Assembly (NCBI GenBank): GCA_964036045.1
Contig: OZ038378.1
Coordinates: 178,064,001-178,128,000, forward strand
From: Eutreptiella sp. 'Long Island Sound 2002'
Lineage: Eukaryota > Protista > Euglenida
Length of the DNA: 64,000 nt
Direction of reading: 5' to 3'
Position 1 is the stretch's first letter, and each line of letters opens with the position of its first letter. The position numbers and the translations under genes were made by a program. The notes beneath the pieces are model-generated. The model was given only the letters and a program-made list of their open reading frames with translations. It made no database searches and was not told where the DNA came from. Positions 1 to 12,429 of the stretch are shown here, one piece after another.

Positions 1-69
1 GATGCGCTCCCAGACGTCGCACGGCAGGTCCATGGGGGAACGGGGCTGCATGCCGCTCTGCAACCACAC
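1..69 (-). CDS. Exon encoding the start of an F-box-like motif; continues beyond the left edge
   Basis: Acceptor aatgtgcag|GTG at 70/69. The 23 codons read VWLQSGMQPRSPMDLPCDVWERI, and DLPxDVWxxI matches the F-box start consensus LPxE/D(I/V)xxxI. Confidence 0.6.
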   Translation of the reverse strand, partial: MWLQSGMQPRSPMDLPCDVWERI

Positions 70-1375
70 CTGCACATTGTGCCGGGGATTGAAAGACACA
101 CACACCGCGCGCACATACAGACATAAGGGAGGCACAAAAATGCGAGCAAGCGCACCAAGAGTATCAAACGTCTGGTCACTGTTACAGTTCCAGGCTCTGC
201 ATACCAAACTCTGTGGCCCCTAAGCCCATCACAAGCAGCTGTCCAATGTCTTTAGTGTCACTATGCCCGAGTGTACATAATTGCTGTGTGTTGCACCTAT
301 GGTCATTGTGCCCAGTGCTGTTTTACTGTTGAGGCTGTTTCTTCCACCTTTTGATCCATCTTATGATAGATTGTGTTTATTCACAGGGCATGTGCCGTAA
401 CAGTATACAGGGCAAAGGTTGCAAAGGTTGTAAGAAAATGGGAACTACGTGTTTCAATAACATGTCAATTAGCAGATTACCCCCTGTACAAGATGCTTTG
501 GCTATGCAATATTTTCAATAAAATGGAGTGTTTGGTGGGTTTTGAGAAACGTGGTTAAAATGAGTGGGGAGGAGGAGGAGGGATCGGGGGTGACCCCTCC
601 CCTGAGCTGCGGTTCTTAGTAGGTTCTAGTCCCGCATGTTGGACCCAGACCAAATCGTTTGCATGTTGGCAACGTCTCAGAGTTGGACTCTCCAGGACCC
701 AGCCCCACCCTCTGGACAAGCGAGTAAGAACAACTGCGTTGTCTGGGCTACTCACCAGCGCTGACCCGCCCCCCCACTGAGCCAAGCCTGGGCAGGGCAA
801 AGAGAATGTGGTGCAGCCATGAACGACAACCAGAACCTTATGCACAATGATACCCCGCAACGGCCCAACCCCAGGGCGCCGTAAGATGAGAGAAAAAACA
901 CAGGTTGGCACACACCACGCCTATTTGAGGAGCTCAATGGTCGGTACTGATTAACTGAATGTCTCCGCCATAGACCCTTTCAGCCGTTATTTCATTGGGT
1001 TGCATTTTGACATGCGCTCATCAAGTATTGCAGTACACACTGCTGTACAACAACTGGTCATTGGTGAGTACCATACAGTGCGCCGGGTGGCGCCAAGCAG
1101 TCCAGATCAAAGAGCATTAGACGCCAGCCGATGACCGCCCATATACTACTACTTGCACACTCCCCGTGGGCTGCAAAGCATGGCACTCCTTCAGCCTAAC
1201 CCTGGGCAGAGGCTATTTAATTTCAATCAGTGTGTGCAACATGCAAGGTTGGGAGTGTCATGAGGACAAAGTAGCACGATAAAGCGTGCTTCCCAGCAGT
1301 CGCTGAGGACTGATGCGGTGTTGACCCTGGTGCTAGGCCCATGTAAAAAGAACGGGTCCCGATGGGCACCATGTC

Positions 1376-1452
1376 TTGCCCTCCAACAGGGTTTGAACCA
1401 GACCATCTGGCGTGACAGCCTGGCATGATACTAGTGTGCTATGTTGCAGACA
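1376..1452 (-). pseudogene. Degenerate tRNA-Asp(GTC)-derived sequence (tRNA pseudogene or SINE head)
   Basis: Minus strand has TAGTATC...CTGTCACGC (Asp anticodon-loop context) and GGTTCAAACCC (B-box/T-loop) at tRNA-like spacing. The anticodon and acceptor stems no longer pair. Confidence 0.4.
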
Positions 1453-4400
1453 TCAGAAACCGGTCATCAAAACCACAACTTTCTAATAAAGGAAATTGCG
1501 TGCATGTAACACGGCTCTTTCTCAGTAAGCACAGAGTTGATCTGGATGGGGACGGGCTCCCCGTTGCTGCAGGTCGTGAGCTACATCTTGATTCGAACCT
1601 GGTCTCCTGTGACAGCAAGGTATGTTCCTCCTGTGCCTTGTTGGTGTAATTTCATGCACACGGGGGACAAAAAATTGTGTCGCATCTAGTGCTATCAAAG
1701 GCCGGCTGTCGCGCTTAGAATCAAAAACTCCACGAGTCATCGTCTCCGCACCTGGGGGAGACAAGGAGACGATGTAGTCAATGTTTGTATCGCACATGTG
1801 TGGGAGTGGTGTGGGAGTGGCAATACAGTATGCACAATGTAGCATGCTTTCCCATATGACCTGCGACCCAGGTTGGGGCACAATATCACCGAATGGCGCG
1901 ACATCTACATTGACCATGTGAGTGAGCGGACGAGCTAGCCTGCTTGACGGCGGGACACCCTTTCTGGGCAAATGGGCCAAAAAGTGGAAAGAATGATATG
2001 AACAACTACCATCATCCACTCAAGTTTTCGACCATAAAAAGCTGTTTGAGGTGATGAAAACCTTGCTTCAAGCCTATTACCCTGCACTACAGCAGATTTA
2101 CAGCCTGTTTATAATGCAACAAAACGTGGGCGGCAGAAAAATGAAAACTTCATGTCAGTCCCCACCTTCAATCATGCTTTGTGCATTTGCCACATTTCAT
2201 TAACTTGCCCACCTTGGGTACCTCTGGTTGCCACCTGTGCACAGCCTCGAGCTGCTGTGTCTCAAATTGCCACTACTACTTTACCATATGTCCATTTGTA
2301 CTGCTGCCTGTGTACAAGCATTTTGTACATCTGTTGTCTCCCTTACTACAGTTGCAGCCACTTGTTGCAAGTACTCTTGAAGCTGCAAGAACTAGAGTTG
2401 AAGAACATCAAGATGACATGTCAGAGCAAAGAAAAGGGGGAGTTGGTCAAGAAAGGGATGGGAACACTCAGCTAAGGTATGCAAATTTACTCAAAACTAG
2501 GGTCGCAATACCCGCCATGGAGGCCACCCAGCGTGCACACTGCGTAAACGGCCTTCTCTCACAACATCATTTATTCCATTACAAAGGGTTCATAGTCAAT
2601 TACCAGGGAAAACATTTTTGATGCATCTTTGACGTGTTTTGGTCCCAAAGTAGCCTGTTACCCAGGTGTTGACAAATGTGAATCAGTTAAAAACACTTTA
2701 CTGAGTGGTGTGAACTGCTCTGGAAAAAAATCCTTTTTTGACCCAGGCCGAGCTGTGGATGGTCTGTACAATCAATGAGCTTGTGGCTCAAATTGGGGAT
2801 GATGGAAAGGCACATGTCAGTTTACGCCTGCGGAAATTTTGCGCCAAATGGTTTGGAGATAAGCTTGCTGAATGCTTGGTTGTGGGCTATGTTTAGGGTG
2901 AGAGTATAGCAACATATACATGAATATAAGTTTACAAGCAGGATGCTTTTTAGCGAGCTTGCCACTGTGGTGAGAGGCTACAACGTCCACTGACAGTGCA
3001 TGGAGCAATTCAGGGTAATGAATCAAGAGGAAGGGGGCAGGCTGAGTGAACTCCATCACCAAGGACGTGCTATGAACACAAAATAGCTGTGGCGCAACAA
3101 GGCTCCAAGCTAGCCGTCAGACCCACCACATCCCGCCCTGTCTTACAACTCTTTGTTGCAATGTCTCTTGTCTTAAATTGTGATCGAGAAATATATGCCA
3201 GGTAAATACATTTTCGTTGCTCAGGAGAACTGGTGGCTGCGGCGACCCACTGTCACCGATGATGCACTGACGACATTCACTGCAATCCTAAATGGCAGGC
3301 CCATCTTCAGGAGAAAAAACCCTGGCATCCTCCTCCAAATCTATCCCTGACATACACTGGTGAGCTCAGCCAGCACTTTACAGCACAACACATAGCCCCT
3401 ATCCACTGCTTATCAGAACCTCCATGTGCACCGTAGAAATGCACTACCAGTAATAATCTCAGAATGGCCAGGCAAGGCAGAAAGGAAGGGTGAACCCGAT
3501 GGTCAGAGGCAAAATGCTTAGTATGATCAACAGCCAGGTCCCATTATTCCAAACTTGCGAGCCACGGCGCACTCAAATGGTTGCATCTGCGATTCAACGA
3601 ATCAGAGCTCGACAAGCCAAAGGCTGCCCTGTGGGCATATGCTGAAACCAAGTAGGAACCATCCCACACAGCTACAAGCCGTTCGAACCTAAGAATCCCA
3701 ACCCTAAACGTGTGGTTTGCTATCAACGCAGCGTTGGGTAGTGGTTATCGTGTGTTCCACAGCGTCATTGGAACGCCGTGTGACTAGCACAATAGAAATG
3801 AGAGGCTGGCCCAGAAAATGCCACGTCACGTGCTCTCAGGCAACCCTTTTCTATGCCCTGCATCACACGGTCCCGTGGCAGTACGCCTGAGCGGAGTGTA
3901 ATGCAGTGGTACTATGCCGAATGGGGGGCAAGAGCTATGCAGTGCAAGGCCTGACAGGCGGGTTCACAACTCACCATCGTCAGACACAGCCCACAGCAGT
4001 TCTGCTGCGGGGCTGTTTGCTGCCCTGGACTTGCAGCTGCCATTGTGCCTGGGGCTTGCAATGGGGATTTAGGCTTTGCTCGCCGACCTGCACCCATTCT
4101 CAGATTCTGGGGTCTCCCAAGGGGAGTGCTTGCCTGCCAACGTCTACAATCTGCTGCCCCCTCCGAGGCCAATCTGCAGAAGCCAAGACCGTGCTCTCGT
4201 CGCGGCGCCACATCGCTGTGCCTGACCGGTTCTCTTTGCGTGGATCCCCCCCCTCGCCCCCCACGGGCATGCGCAAAGCACAAAATCCAGTGTATCCCAC
4301 CGGTATATACAATTTCTGGCCCCAAGGCAATGGTACAGCAGCCACTAGGCATCAGCCTATGCTTGAATAACGGGGAGGCGGAAGGCGGAGTTCAACAGCA

Positions 4401-5899
4401 AGTCCAAGACCTGGTACTGTGGTTTGGAAGCGGTTGGGGGTCAAAGCGGCTGGTTACAGAAGAGTTGGCACGATCGGAGGGCAAAGGAAGGGACAGCCAT
4501 ACCCCAGCATTCCTCCCTCCAAGGGTAGTCCTCAAACATGGCGGAGTGCACTGCCACATCAGGGCACGTGGGACAGAACACCCAACTCAACCCGGCCCTA
4601 TGTCCGCGTCAAGAAGCCACCTGCCTAATCTCAGGGTCGGTAAGCGTCTGTTGGGAAGTGGCAAGCGCACGGTGCACGACAGATCCCAGGCTGGGCGCTT
4701 CACTCGCAGGAGGACCCCCACATGGCTGCAGGTGGAGTTCAGACAAAGGTTCTGGAGGTGAAACTGCCCCGCCCACCTCCGGGGCCCCTCAAAGAGGAGT
4801 CAGGACGTGAACCTCCCATCCCCACCTCCCCTGCACTGCAGCGAGGGGGGAATTTTGGCACCGGCTCTGATTCGCAGGTGTAAACTTCGCCGTGGGAAAT
4901 TCCGCGGTGGGTCCCAGCAAGAACATTGTAACAGGCATGGTACATGTTGAAATCAGCGGCTGTATTGTCCCTCAAACGAATCTCTCACAAACATTGTCGA
5001 CGACAACTAACATCTCACTCATTCACAAGCAAAGAAACAGACGTATCGACAGACCAACTGCCGACAACTGCATGGGTACCCGCCGACCACCGCCAGTGAG
5101 TAACCCCCCCCCCCCCGGTCTCCAGAGGCTGCTGATTTCACGCGGTTAATTTCGCGGCCTATTTGAGAACCAAAATCGCCCACGCGAAATCAACCCCGCA
5201 AGAAATTCTCCCCCTCCCTGTAACACTTGGCATGGCCTTGTCTGAGCACGGCTGCGATCTGACCGTTGCTTCCCGCCCACAGTCTTTGTGGTCAAGAATG
5301 TCGGTTGACACATTCGTGGGCCGGTGGTAGTGGGAGCAATGGGCTCGGTCATGCCTGTGCACGCGCGTAACGGCATTTCGCCCTGAGACTGTGCCCCACT
5401 TCGATTTGGTTCGATGTGATTTCGGGCCAAAACCGCTGCAACGGGGCCCGAACCCCCCCAGAGTCACTTGGCGTGTGGTCCTGATCAGCCGCGGCGCGGT
5501 CTGAGGGGGCGTTCCTGCACAGCGCGGGCACAGCGCCCAATAGTAAGTTCGCTGTCCCGTGATCACCCTGAACACCATCCATGGGGCAAAAAAAGCTGAT
5601 TTAGACGGCAATCTGGCATTTTTCGTGGGAAACATAGTTTGTTTTAGCTCATTACCTGCGTTTTTCGACTGAGTAAGAACCTGAGCAGTCCTGTGTCTGG
5701 GAACTCAGTACTTACCGCAGTCGCCTTGGCCGCCGGGGAAAACGGGTCCAAAATAGCCCCCTTTTCGCACAGCGAGCGCACAGCGCACGGTGCGGCCCCT
5801 TCAGCACGTGTCCCCCGCTCTGATCAGTGCCTTCCCTGACGCCGGCGCTGCTTGCGCAAGGGGGAGCACCGCCGACGGACGGCGCTCGCCGGCCGCACA

Positions 5900-7312
5900 T
5901 CAAACCGTCGGACGTCCTTCGCACTCCTGAACGACGGCCCCGGCGCCGTGGGTCCCCAGGGCCCGGCGGATCACTCTCTCCGGAATGCGGACCCACGTCG
6001 ATCGAGGGGCCCCAGTCCTGGGCCCCCAAAAGCCCTGGCACGGGGGCCTCGGGGGGCGGAGGTTAGGGCTCGGGACGGGGTCAGGGTCAGGACTGGGGTC
6101 AACATCCGCCGCGGGGGCGTGGCCGAGGGCCGGGTCCGGCGCGAGGCTGTAGGCGGCCGCGGGCCTCGGGAGCGGGACGGGGGCGGCCGCGGGCCCCCGC
6201 GCCGGCCCCCCCAAAAGGAACAGCTCCCGCCGGATGCGAATGCGGGAGCTCCGGACCGGCGGGGGCTCGACGGCCCCGGGCCCGACGCCCCCCGCGACCG
6301 GCACCCCGGCCCATTGTACGGCGGCCACGGGGTCAAAGGTCCCGTCGCAGGAAACGTCCGCGGCGTGCGCCGCGTGCGCATCGCAGCCTCGGTCGGTGCG
6401 GCCCGAAGCGGTGGGTTGCGACGCCAGGCCCCAGGGGGCCTCGGCATCGTCGGGGCCGGCGGCTGCTCCCTCGTCCTGCAACAGCTGTGCCCGTGCGTCC
6501 GGCTGCGCGGCAGCCGTCGCGGCGTTGGCAACGCGGTGCTGGCGGTGGCAGGGCGGGCTGTGTCGCTCTGCGCGCTTCACTCCGCGGTCACTGCCGCCCT
6601 CTGGAGGGGGAGGGTCGGGCTCCTGCGGGGGAGCGCCGGGACGGTCGGACGGCCGGAGGGCGGGCGCCGTCGCGCAGGCGGCGTGGGACCCCCGTCGGCC
6701 CGCGTCCGCGCCCTGCGCCCGCTTCGCGGTGGCGCGCGCGCTGGACGATCGCGGCGCCCCCCCCGCGGGCCCTCTGCGGCTCCCGGTCTCGGACGGCCTG
6801 TGCCCCGGCCCTCCCCCCGGCCCCGGCGCCGAGCCATTTCCCACTGAGCCCCGGCGTCCCCCCCCTTCGGCCTCGAGGTCGGGTCCGGAGCGGTCCGCCG
6901 CCGCCAGCGCCGCCTGTGCCATAGTCTGAGCGGCCGGTGTGCGGGGGCTTCGCGGGAGGGACCTGCGCTTCGGCGGCGTCCCCGCGGCAGCGCTGTCCGG
7001 CTGGTCCCCGTAGACAATACTGCGGCGCCGTTTCAGGCCCTCGGGGCGGCCGCTGTCGCGACGGCGCTTGCGGCCCTGGGACGGGCTGTGGCCGGGGTGA
7101 AGGCTGTCGGGGGGCGCATCGGAGTCGGATCCTGCGCCTGCGCCCCCCGGCTCCAAGGGGACGTACTCCGGGAGCTGGGGCTGCGGGGGGGCGGGGTCCT
7201 GCGGGAGCGCCTCCGTCGGCACAAGACGCACGCTTTGCAGCAGAGTTCTGCCGAGGCTGGCCCCGGTGAGTGTGGAGAGTGCGCGACCCTGCGACCCACT
7301 AATCAAGCGCAC
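5900..7312 (-). CDS. F-box/SNF2 helicase, exon 6: low-complexity Pro/Arg/Gly-rich C-terminal region
   Basis: Acceptor ttttctgcgcag|GTG at 7313/7312 joins exon 5 in frame (TLEDAQ|VRLISG). The frame is open to the stop at 5900, but the true 3' end is uncertain (see findings). Confidence 0.65.
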   Translation of the reverse strand: MRLISGSQGRALSTLTGASLGRTLLQSVRLVPTEALPQDPAPPQPQLPEYVPLEPGGAGAGSDSDAPPDSLHPGHSPSQGRKRRRDSGRPEGLKRRRSIVYGDQPDSAAAGTPPKRRSLPRSPRTPAAQTMAQAALAAADRSGPDLEAEGGGRRGSVGNGSAPGPGGGPGHRPSETGSRRGPAGGAPRSSSARATAKRAQGADAGRRGSHAACATAPALRPSDRPGAPPQEPDPPPPEGGSDRGVKRAERHSPPCHRQHRVANAATAAAQPDARAQLLQDEGAAAGPDDAEAPWGLASQPTASGRTDRGCDAHAAHAADVSCDGTFDPVAAVQWAGVPVAGGVGPGAVEPPPVRSSRIRIRRELFLLGGPARGPAAAPVPLPRPAAAYSLAPDPALGHAPAADVDPSPDPDPVPSPNLRPPRPPCQGFWGPRTGAPRSTWVRIPERVIRRALGTHGAGAVVQECEGRPTV

Positions 7313-7612
7313 CTGCGCAGAAAAGTCCGGAAAATGGGTCCAGAGGGCATCACAGGCAGGTCAAGAGGGTATGCAGGGCTGCATAAGGGGCACTGTCACC
7401 CCAGAGGGACACAGTGGAGACATGGGACGAAGCCACACAAATAAGCGCTTGAGTAGGAGTAGGAGTTGGACGATGAGGATGAGGAGGAGGAGACTCACAG
7501 AAACACACAGAAACTGCACCCAGTCGGCACACCATCGCCACACAATGCGCAGAGAGGGCGCCCACAGGGGGGCACACAGGACGCATGTGGGGGGGGGGGG
7601 GGGGGGCAGCAC

Positions 7613-8314
7613 CTGCGCGTCCTCCAGCGTGTCCCGCATCAGCAGTTTCTCGACGACAACCGTGCCGTGTTGGCCGATGCGGTGCGCGCGCGCAATGGCC
7701 TGGGCCTCGACGTGGGGATCCAGCACGGGCTCCAGGATGAAGATGTACCGAGCGGCGGTGAGAGAGATCCCTTCAGCCGCGAGGTAAGTGTTCATTAGGA
7801 CGATGCGGATGCCTGGGTCGTGGTTGAACCCGATGATGACGGCTGCGCGCGTGTCAAGCGGCAGCCGCGAGTGAAAGTCAAGGGAGATCCTGCCCATACC
7901 CCAATGAACGAGCGCGGCTGAGACACGCATGAGCGCGTCGTTGTCGCGAGTGAACACGATGCACTTGTGGCTCGGCACGAGATCGCGGAGGCGGTGCATC
8001 AGGTAATTGATTTTGGTGCTGACGCGCAGTGGGGACACGGTTGGGACGAAACCCTCCGCCTTGTCGGCCCCGGCGGGTTGGCACCGCCACTGCTCCAGAG
8101 CATCCCCAGCGCCGGGGGCGCAGAGGGTTGGCTGTGACAGCTCCACCAAAAGCTGGTGCAGCTCCACTTTGTCGTTGGTGGAAAGCAGGTGTGCGTCGGA
8201 CGTGCACCCCGAGGCCAGCAGCGAGCAGATCTCATTGATGGCGCCCTCGCGGTGACGCTCATAGTCTGCGAACTGAAGTGCTGTCGTGCTGGCGTAACCC
8301 AAATTATTGATGGC
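7613..8314 (-). CDS. F-box/SNF2 helicase, exon 5: helicase C-terminal lobe (motifs IV-VI)
   Basis: KCIVFT, AAEGISLTAARYIFILEP, QAIARAHRIGQ. Acceptor cctcag|GCC; donor CAG|gtgctg. Confidence 0.92.
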
Positions 8315-9597
8315 CTGAGGAGGGGAGCAAGCAGAGCAGGAAGAGACGTTGGGGTGTGGCTAACAGGAGCTGAGAGGGGGAGAGGGTGACGCAGAAAAAG
8401 GGAGGGAGGGAGGGAGAAGGAGGAGGAGGTGGAGGAACCAGCTGGGGGCATTGGTGATTCCTAGCTGCAGTGGCAGAGAGTCATGGGGCTGGTCATTGAT
8501 TCCCTTGTCTCCTCCAGCCAAGCCCCAACAGGCCATCTTGGGGCTGCAATGCCAGGCTCACTAGGAAAAAAAAACTTTATAAAGAGGGTATCCACACACA
8601 GGGGGCACCTGCAGTGCAAGCCAGGCATTAGGTTGGGCAGAGCAGAGCAAAAAGACTAGGGGGAACTTGCACCAGTATCCAGGACCAGAAGAACGAGCAG
8701 AATTTGGCACCGTTGTAGAAAAGCTCATGGATCCAGCCATGAGCATGAACCAATAGCTGCTGGTGCAGAGAGAGAAGCCCAGGCAGCAATGGATGCACGA
8801 AAAAGGCGCAAGAGGGAAGGCCACAGCCGGTGTAAGGACTGCCCTACCAAGGAGCCGTGGCTCTAGTGGCAGCCATGCCAGAAAACATGACACGAGCAGC
8901 AGCACTGACGGCGAGGGTGTGTAAATGGGATTCAATGAAAAGCATTGCACAAGTGCCTCTGTGTGAGGCCCAAATGTCCCCGGGAAAAGGCATCAGATTG
9001 AGGTGTGAGCGGCCGTCTTATGAGGAGCAACGGGTGCAAGATGGTTGTGCTGGTGAAAGGAGTTGTCGTTGTTGGGCGGTCGCACGATCGTACGGGAACA
9101 CACTCCCCAACCCCAGGAGCAGGGAATAGACGGGCCAACCATCGCACGGGGCACCCTTTGTGCTGGTCGCGGGGGGAGACACTAGTCGCTGCCTCGGAGA
9201 GCCAACACTCAAACCTTGGCTACCCCTGTGCCCGGACCATGGGTGTGAAGCCCGCGGGCAGAGCCTTGGGGCTGTGTCACGTCACAAGGGGGTCTCGGGC
9301 TTCCTAGTCCTTCGTCATGGGGCGTGGACCTGTCCCCCCCCCCCCCCCCGAAGAAACCCTCGGCCCGCGGGTTTCCCCCTTTTACCCCTCCCAAACCTTC
9401 GGCTACTTGCCAGCGCCCTTACACACCGCACAAGGGATGATCTTGGCAGTGTCAACCGCCACGCGTGTGGCTAGGCTCCAGCTTGGGACTAGGCTTTTCC
9501 CTGCCTCAGGCTGGACTTTTCCCTTGGCTGAAGTGCCCTCTCCCCGGCCCTCGGCCAAGATGGCTGATGTTGGTTTCGGGGTGCCCATCTCGTTCCT

Positions 9598-9729
9598 CTC
9601 CCTCCCTCCCTCCCTCCCTCCCTCCCTCCCTCCCTCCCGCCCGCCCGCCCGCCCGCCCGCCCTCCCTCCCTCCCTCCCTCCCTCCCTCCCTCCCTCCCTC
9701 CCTCCCTCCCTCCCTCCCTCCCTCCCTCC
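9598..9729. repeat. (CCCT)n microsatellite with a (CCCG)n core, in intron 4
   Basis: Directly visible tetranucleotide tandem repeat. Confidence 0.95.
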
Positions 9730-10180
9730 ACAGGTGAAACGGCGGCACGTGTTGTTTTGCACATTTTTAAAGGAGAAAGCTAGGAATGAAGGAGGAGTTC
9801 AAACCCGTGTGTGCCCCCAGTGCACCCTGCCCTCCCCCCCTATGTTCCTCTGCACACACAGGATGTGATTACTGCGGAGAGGAGGAAGACGTCAACATCA
9901 TGCATCGGACCCACCAGGACCCGATTGGTATCCTGGCAAGTGGTCCTCCCCTCCAAACCCCAGCAGACTGGGGCCCAGCCACGATTGGCGGTTGCACTAT
10001 AAACGAATTGCCAGTAAATTGATCAATGAAAACGGGGCGCTGAGGAACATTGCGAGGCATCTCGATCGCACGCAATGTCATGGGGGGACTGTGTCAGAGC
10101 CGGAGATGGACAACAAGCTCACTTGATGGAGAGGGAGGCTGGTGGAGAAAGGCTCTTTACAACGAAGCGCAGGCCCGTAC

Positions 10181-10705
10181 CTGCAACAAAGACTTCGTGT
10201 TTGACACCGACAGAAGCGAGTCAGGGCCCACGCCGCGGGACGCGATCAAATTCGTGCGGACCAGCGTGACCACTTTGTTGTAGTTGGACGCCTCCAACGC
10301 ATCGCGGAACGTGAGCAGCACGTTGCGCGCCTGCAGCGGCGGCACCCGCACGTCCCGCTCTACGTCGCGCGCGCGCGTGCGCAGCATGACGCGGCGCAGC
10401 AGTGCGTACAGGGCGTCGAGCCCCTCGATGGCCCGCTGCAGCATCGGGCGCCGGACGGCACGGACCCACAGCCGCGGGCACGTGTCGTACGGGGCGACGC
10501 GCAGGAACGTCAGGATGGAGTGGAGGTGGTCCAGCTGGCGGACGAGGGTCGTGCCCGGGAAGGGCGTGCCCGAGCACACCCACCGCATCTCCGCCACGAG
10601 CCCGTGCACGAACCGCGTCTGCGCGGTCATGACGCGCCCCATCGTGTGCCCCTCGTCAACGATGATGCGGCGGAAGCGGATGGAGTTGAGGACGGAGGGC
10701 CGGAC
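10181..10705 (-). CDS. F-box/SNF2 helicase, exon 4: motifs II-III
   Basis: FRRIIVDEGH (Walker B) and RWVCSGTP. Acceptor ccgcag|GTC; donor CAG|gtacgg. Joins exon 5 as SLLQ|AINNL. Confidence 0.92.
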
Positions 10706-10789
10706 CTGCGGGGGGCACAGAGGCGGGGGCAGTGCAGCCGTCAGGCCGTTGCATGAGGACCCCCCCCCTCTGGGGGCGGGGGGGAGGGA

Positions 10790-10915
10790 CCTGATTCGGG
10801 TGAACTAAGCGAAGGTGCAGGTAGATCCTTCGGTACACGTGCCCTGTGTAACACAGGCAGCTCCCAAGAGCAACGGGATTGCCACCGCTCAAAGGGGCCA
10901 CAACACTTCGACGAG
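10790..10915 (+). repeat. ~130-bp dispersed repeat, copy 1 (copy 2 at ~15925-16045)
   Basis: Shared blocks such as gagc/taagcgaaggtgcag, ccttcggta, ccctgt.taacacag and ctcccaagagc occur in the same order and orientation in introns 3 and 2. Confidence 0.75.
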
Positions 10916-11861
10916 GGCAGGAATCAGCCCCGGGGGGTTCATTGGGGTCTGGCCGGCCTCCCACCAGGGCTCCTTTTGAAAGGCGCCCCCCCCCCCCCCC
11001 CGCTATGGGATGAAGATGCGTGTGTACGACCGGTACTGTTCAGCACAAAGCAGAAGTGCAAAGCAATAGTCGAAGGAAAAGGCTCTTCAGTAACATGTCA
11101 TAGGCGCCTTTCGCTGCAGTAGAAGCGGACCCCCCCCCCCCCAGTGGTGCTGAGTTGTCAAAAGAGCCCTGCAGCCGACCTCCTACCCACCCACCCACAT
11201 CACAAAAGCTTCCCTCAAGGAAAATGAAAATGAAATCTATTATTATTAGAGGGGCCCGAAATTGGAGGCCGATTTTAGGTACACAGGCGTGTTTGTGGCC
11301 TGTGACCCTCCCCTCTGACCCCCAGGCCGCAGCTGCGACCGTCGCTACTCTTCCCCGAGCACAGCGCGCAGAGCGCCCCATTTGGTAGATACCCCCTCCA
11401 CAGGCATCCGCGCTCACCGCCACCAAACTCACCAACTCACCAAACCAGGATTTTGGAGTCTGGGAATGGGGGAATGGGGGGGAATGGGGGGAAATGGGGG
11501 AAATGGGGGCAAATGGGGGGAAATGGGGGAAAATGGGGGAACAGCGGGCATAGCACAAGGGATGTGGGTTGTGGAGGGTTGTGGCGGGATGTGGTTGAGG
11601 AAAATGGGACAAAAATGGGAGAAATGGGAGAAAAATGGGACGAAATACCCATTTTTCACAGTCCCCTTTTCCCCATTTTTCCGGGGGTCGAAGATGTTCC
11701 CCCACAGTTCCCTTTGTAAAAATCAGTTCATCGCATTCACCACCACGGCGGCTAGTGCAGATGCTTGCCTCCAAAACAAAAGCCGCGTCCCTGAGACGCT
11801 GGCCCCTTCCCCCCCCCCCCCCCCCGAGCAGATGGGACGGAGGCAGGTCCATCCCCGAGAC

Positions 11862-12017
11862 CTGGTCCAATGCCTTCTGCTCGCCGCCTGCCGTCCAGCG
11901 GCACCCGTTGCGGAACTCCTGCCGCATGGAGCTGTGGGCCACCAGCAGCACGTCCAGCCGCACCACGTCCGGCACCGCCAGGCCCTGCAGCTCGGCATTC
12001 GTGTGGCACACGCGCAC
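11862..12017 (-). CDS. F-box/SNF2 helicase, exon 3
   Basis: VRVCHTNAELQGLAVPDVVRLDVLLVAHSSMRQE...KALDQ fits the 'DVVlttY' region between motifs Ia and II. Acceptor cctgcag|GTG; donor CAG|gtctcg. Confidence 0.85.
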
Positions 12018-12043
12018 CTGCAGGGGCACAAAGCAGGGGCCAT

Positions 12044-12261
12044 CAAGGGATGGTTTGGAAGGGGGGGGGGGGGGGGGTAGCCCCCCCTCCAGGGTACCCA
12101 GCCTCTGCCCAGCCACTGTCTCCCTGACGGCAAATGCCCGCTTCAATGGCATTGGTAACCGACAGTAACCAACCCCACACCGCTTTGGCAACCTCCTCCA
12201 ACCCCCTGCTAACCGCTGCTGGGGCCGCCTCTGAGGTTCCTTCCCTTCTAATGCATCCCTG
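12044..12261. mobile_element. hAT-type MITE family A, copy 1
   Basis: Homologous to 17994-18206 and ends in aatgcatccctg. Flanked by a near-identical 8-bp direct repeat (ggggccat/ggggtcat). Confidence 0.75.
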
Positions 12262-12429
12262 GGGGTCATCGGGGGGCACAAGACTAAGGGAAAGAGCACG
12301 CGGGGGCTTGCGAGAAGGCGCACAGGCGATGCACCGTCGACCACATACTGGGCACATGCGGCACATGCGGCACGTGCGGCACATGCGGCACGACGAGGGC
12401 ACCCCCCCCGCCAGGGTGGTCCATAGGCA

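Noticed and set aside
595-650. GGTTCTAGTCCC B-box-like motif as a tRNA
   Set aside because: No cloverleaf, A-box or anticodon arm could be built.
1500-4800. Possible decayed non-LTR retrotransposon (RNase H-like fragments at ~2820-3200)
   Set aside because: Only weak, frame-broken resemblances and no RT motif found; too uncertain to call.
5827-7299. Many long overlapping ORFs on both strands
   Set aside because: Expected shadow ORFs of a very GC-rich exon; only the minus frame joins the helicase by splicing.
9400-9870. ORFs with GREG/PPSL repeats; likewise ERER/LSLS ORFs at 58412-59073 and YTRA ORFs at 12429-13713
   Set aside because: Translations of microsatellites.
9860-9960. CDYCGEEE..H segment as a missed RING exon of the helicase
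   Set aside because: It is on the opposite strand, and exons 4 and 5 already join sensibly in frame.
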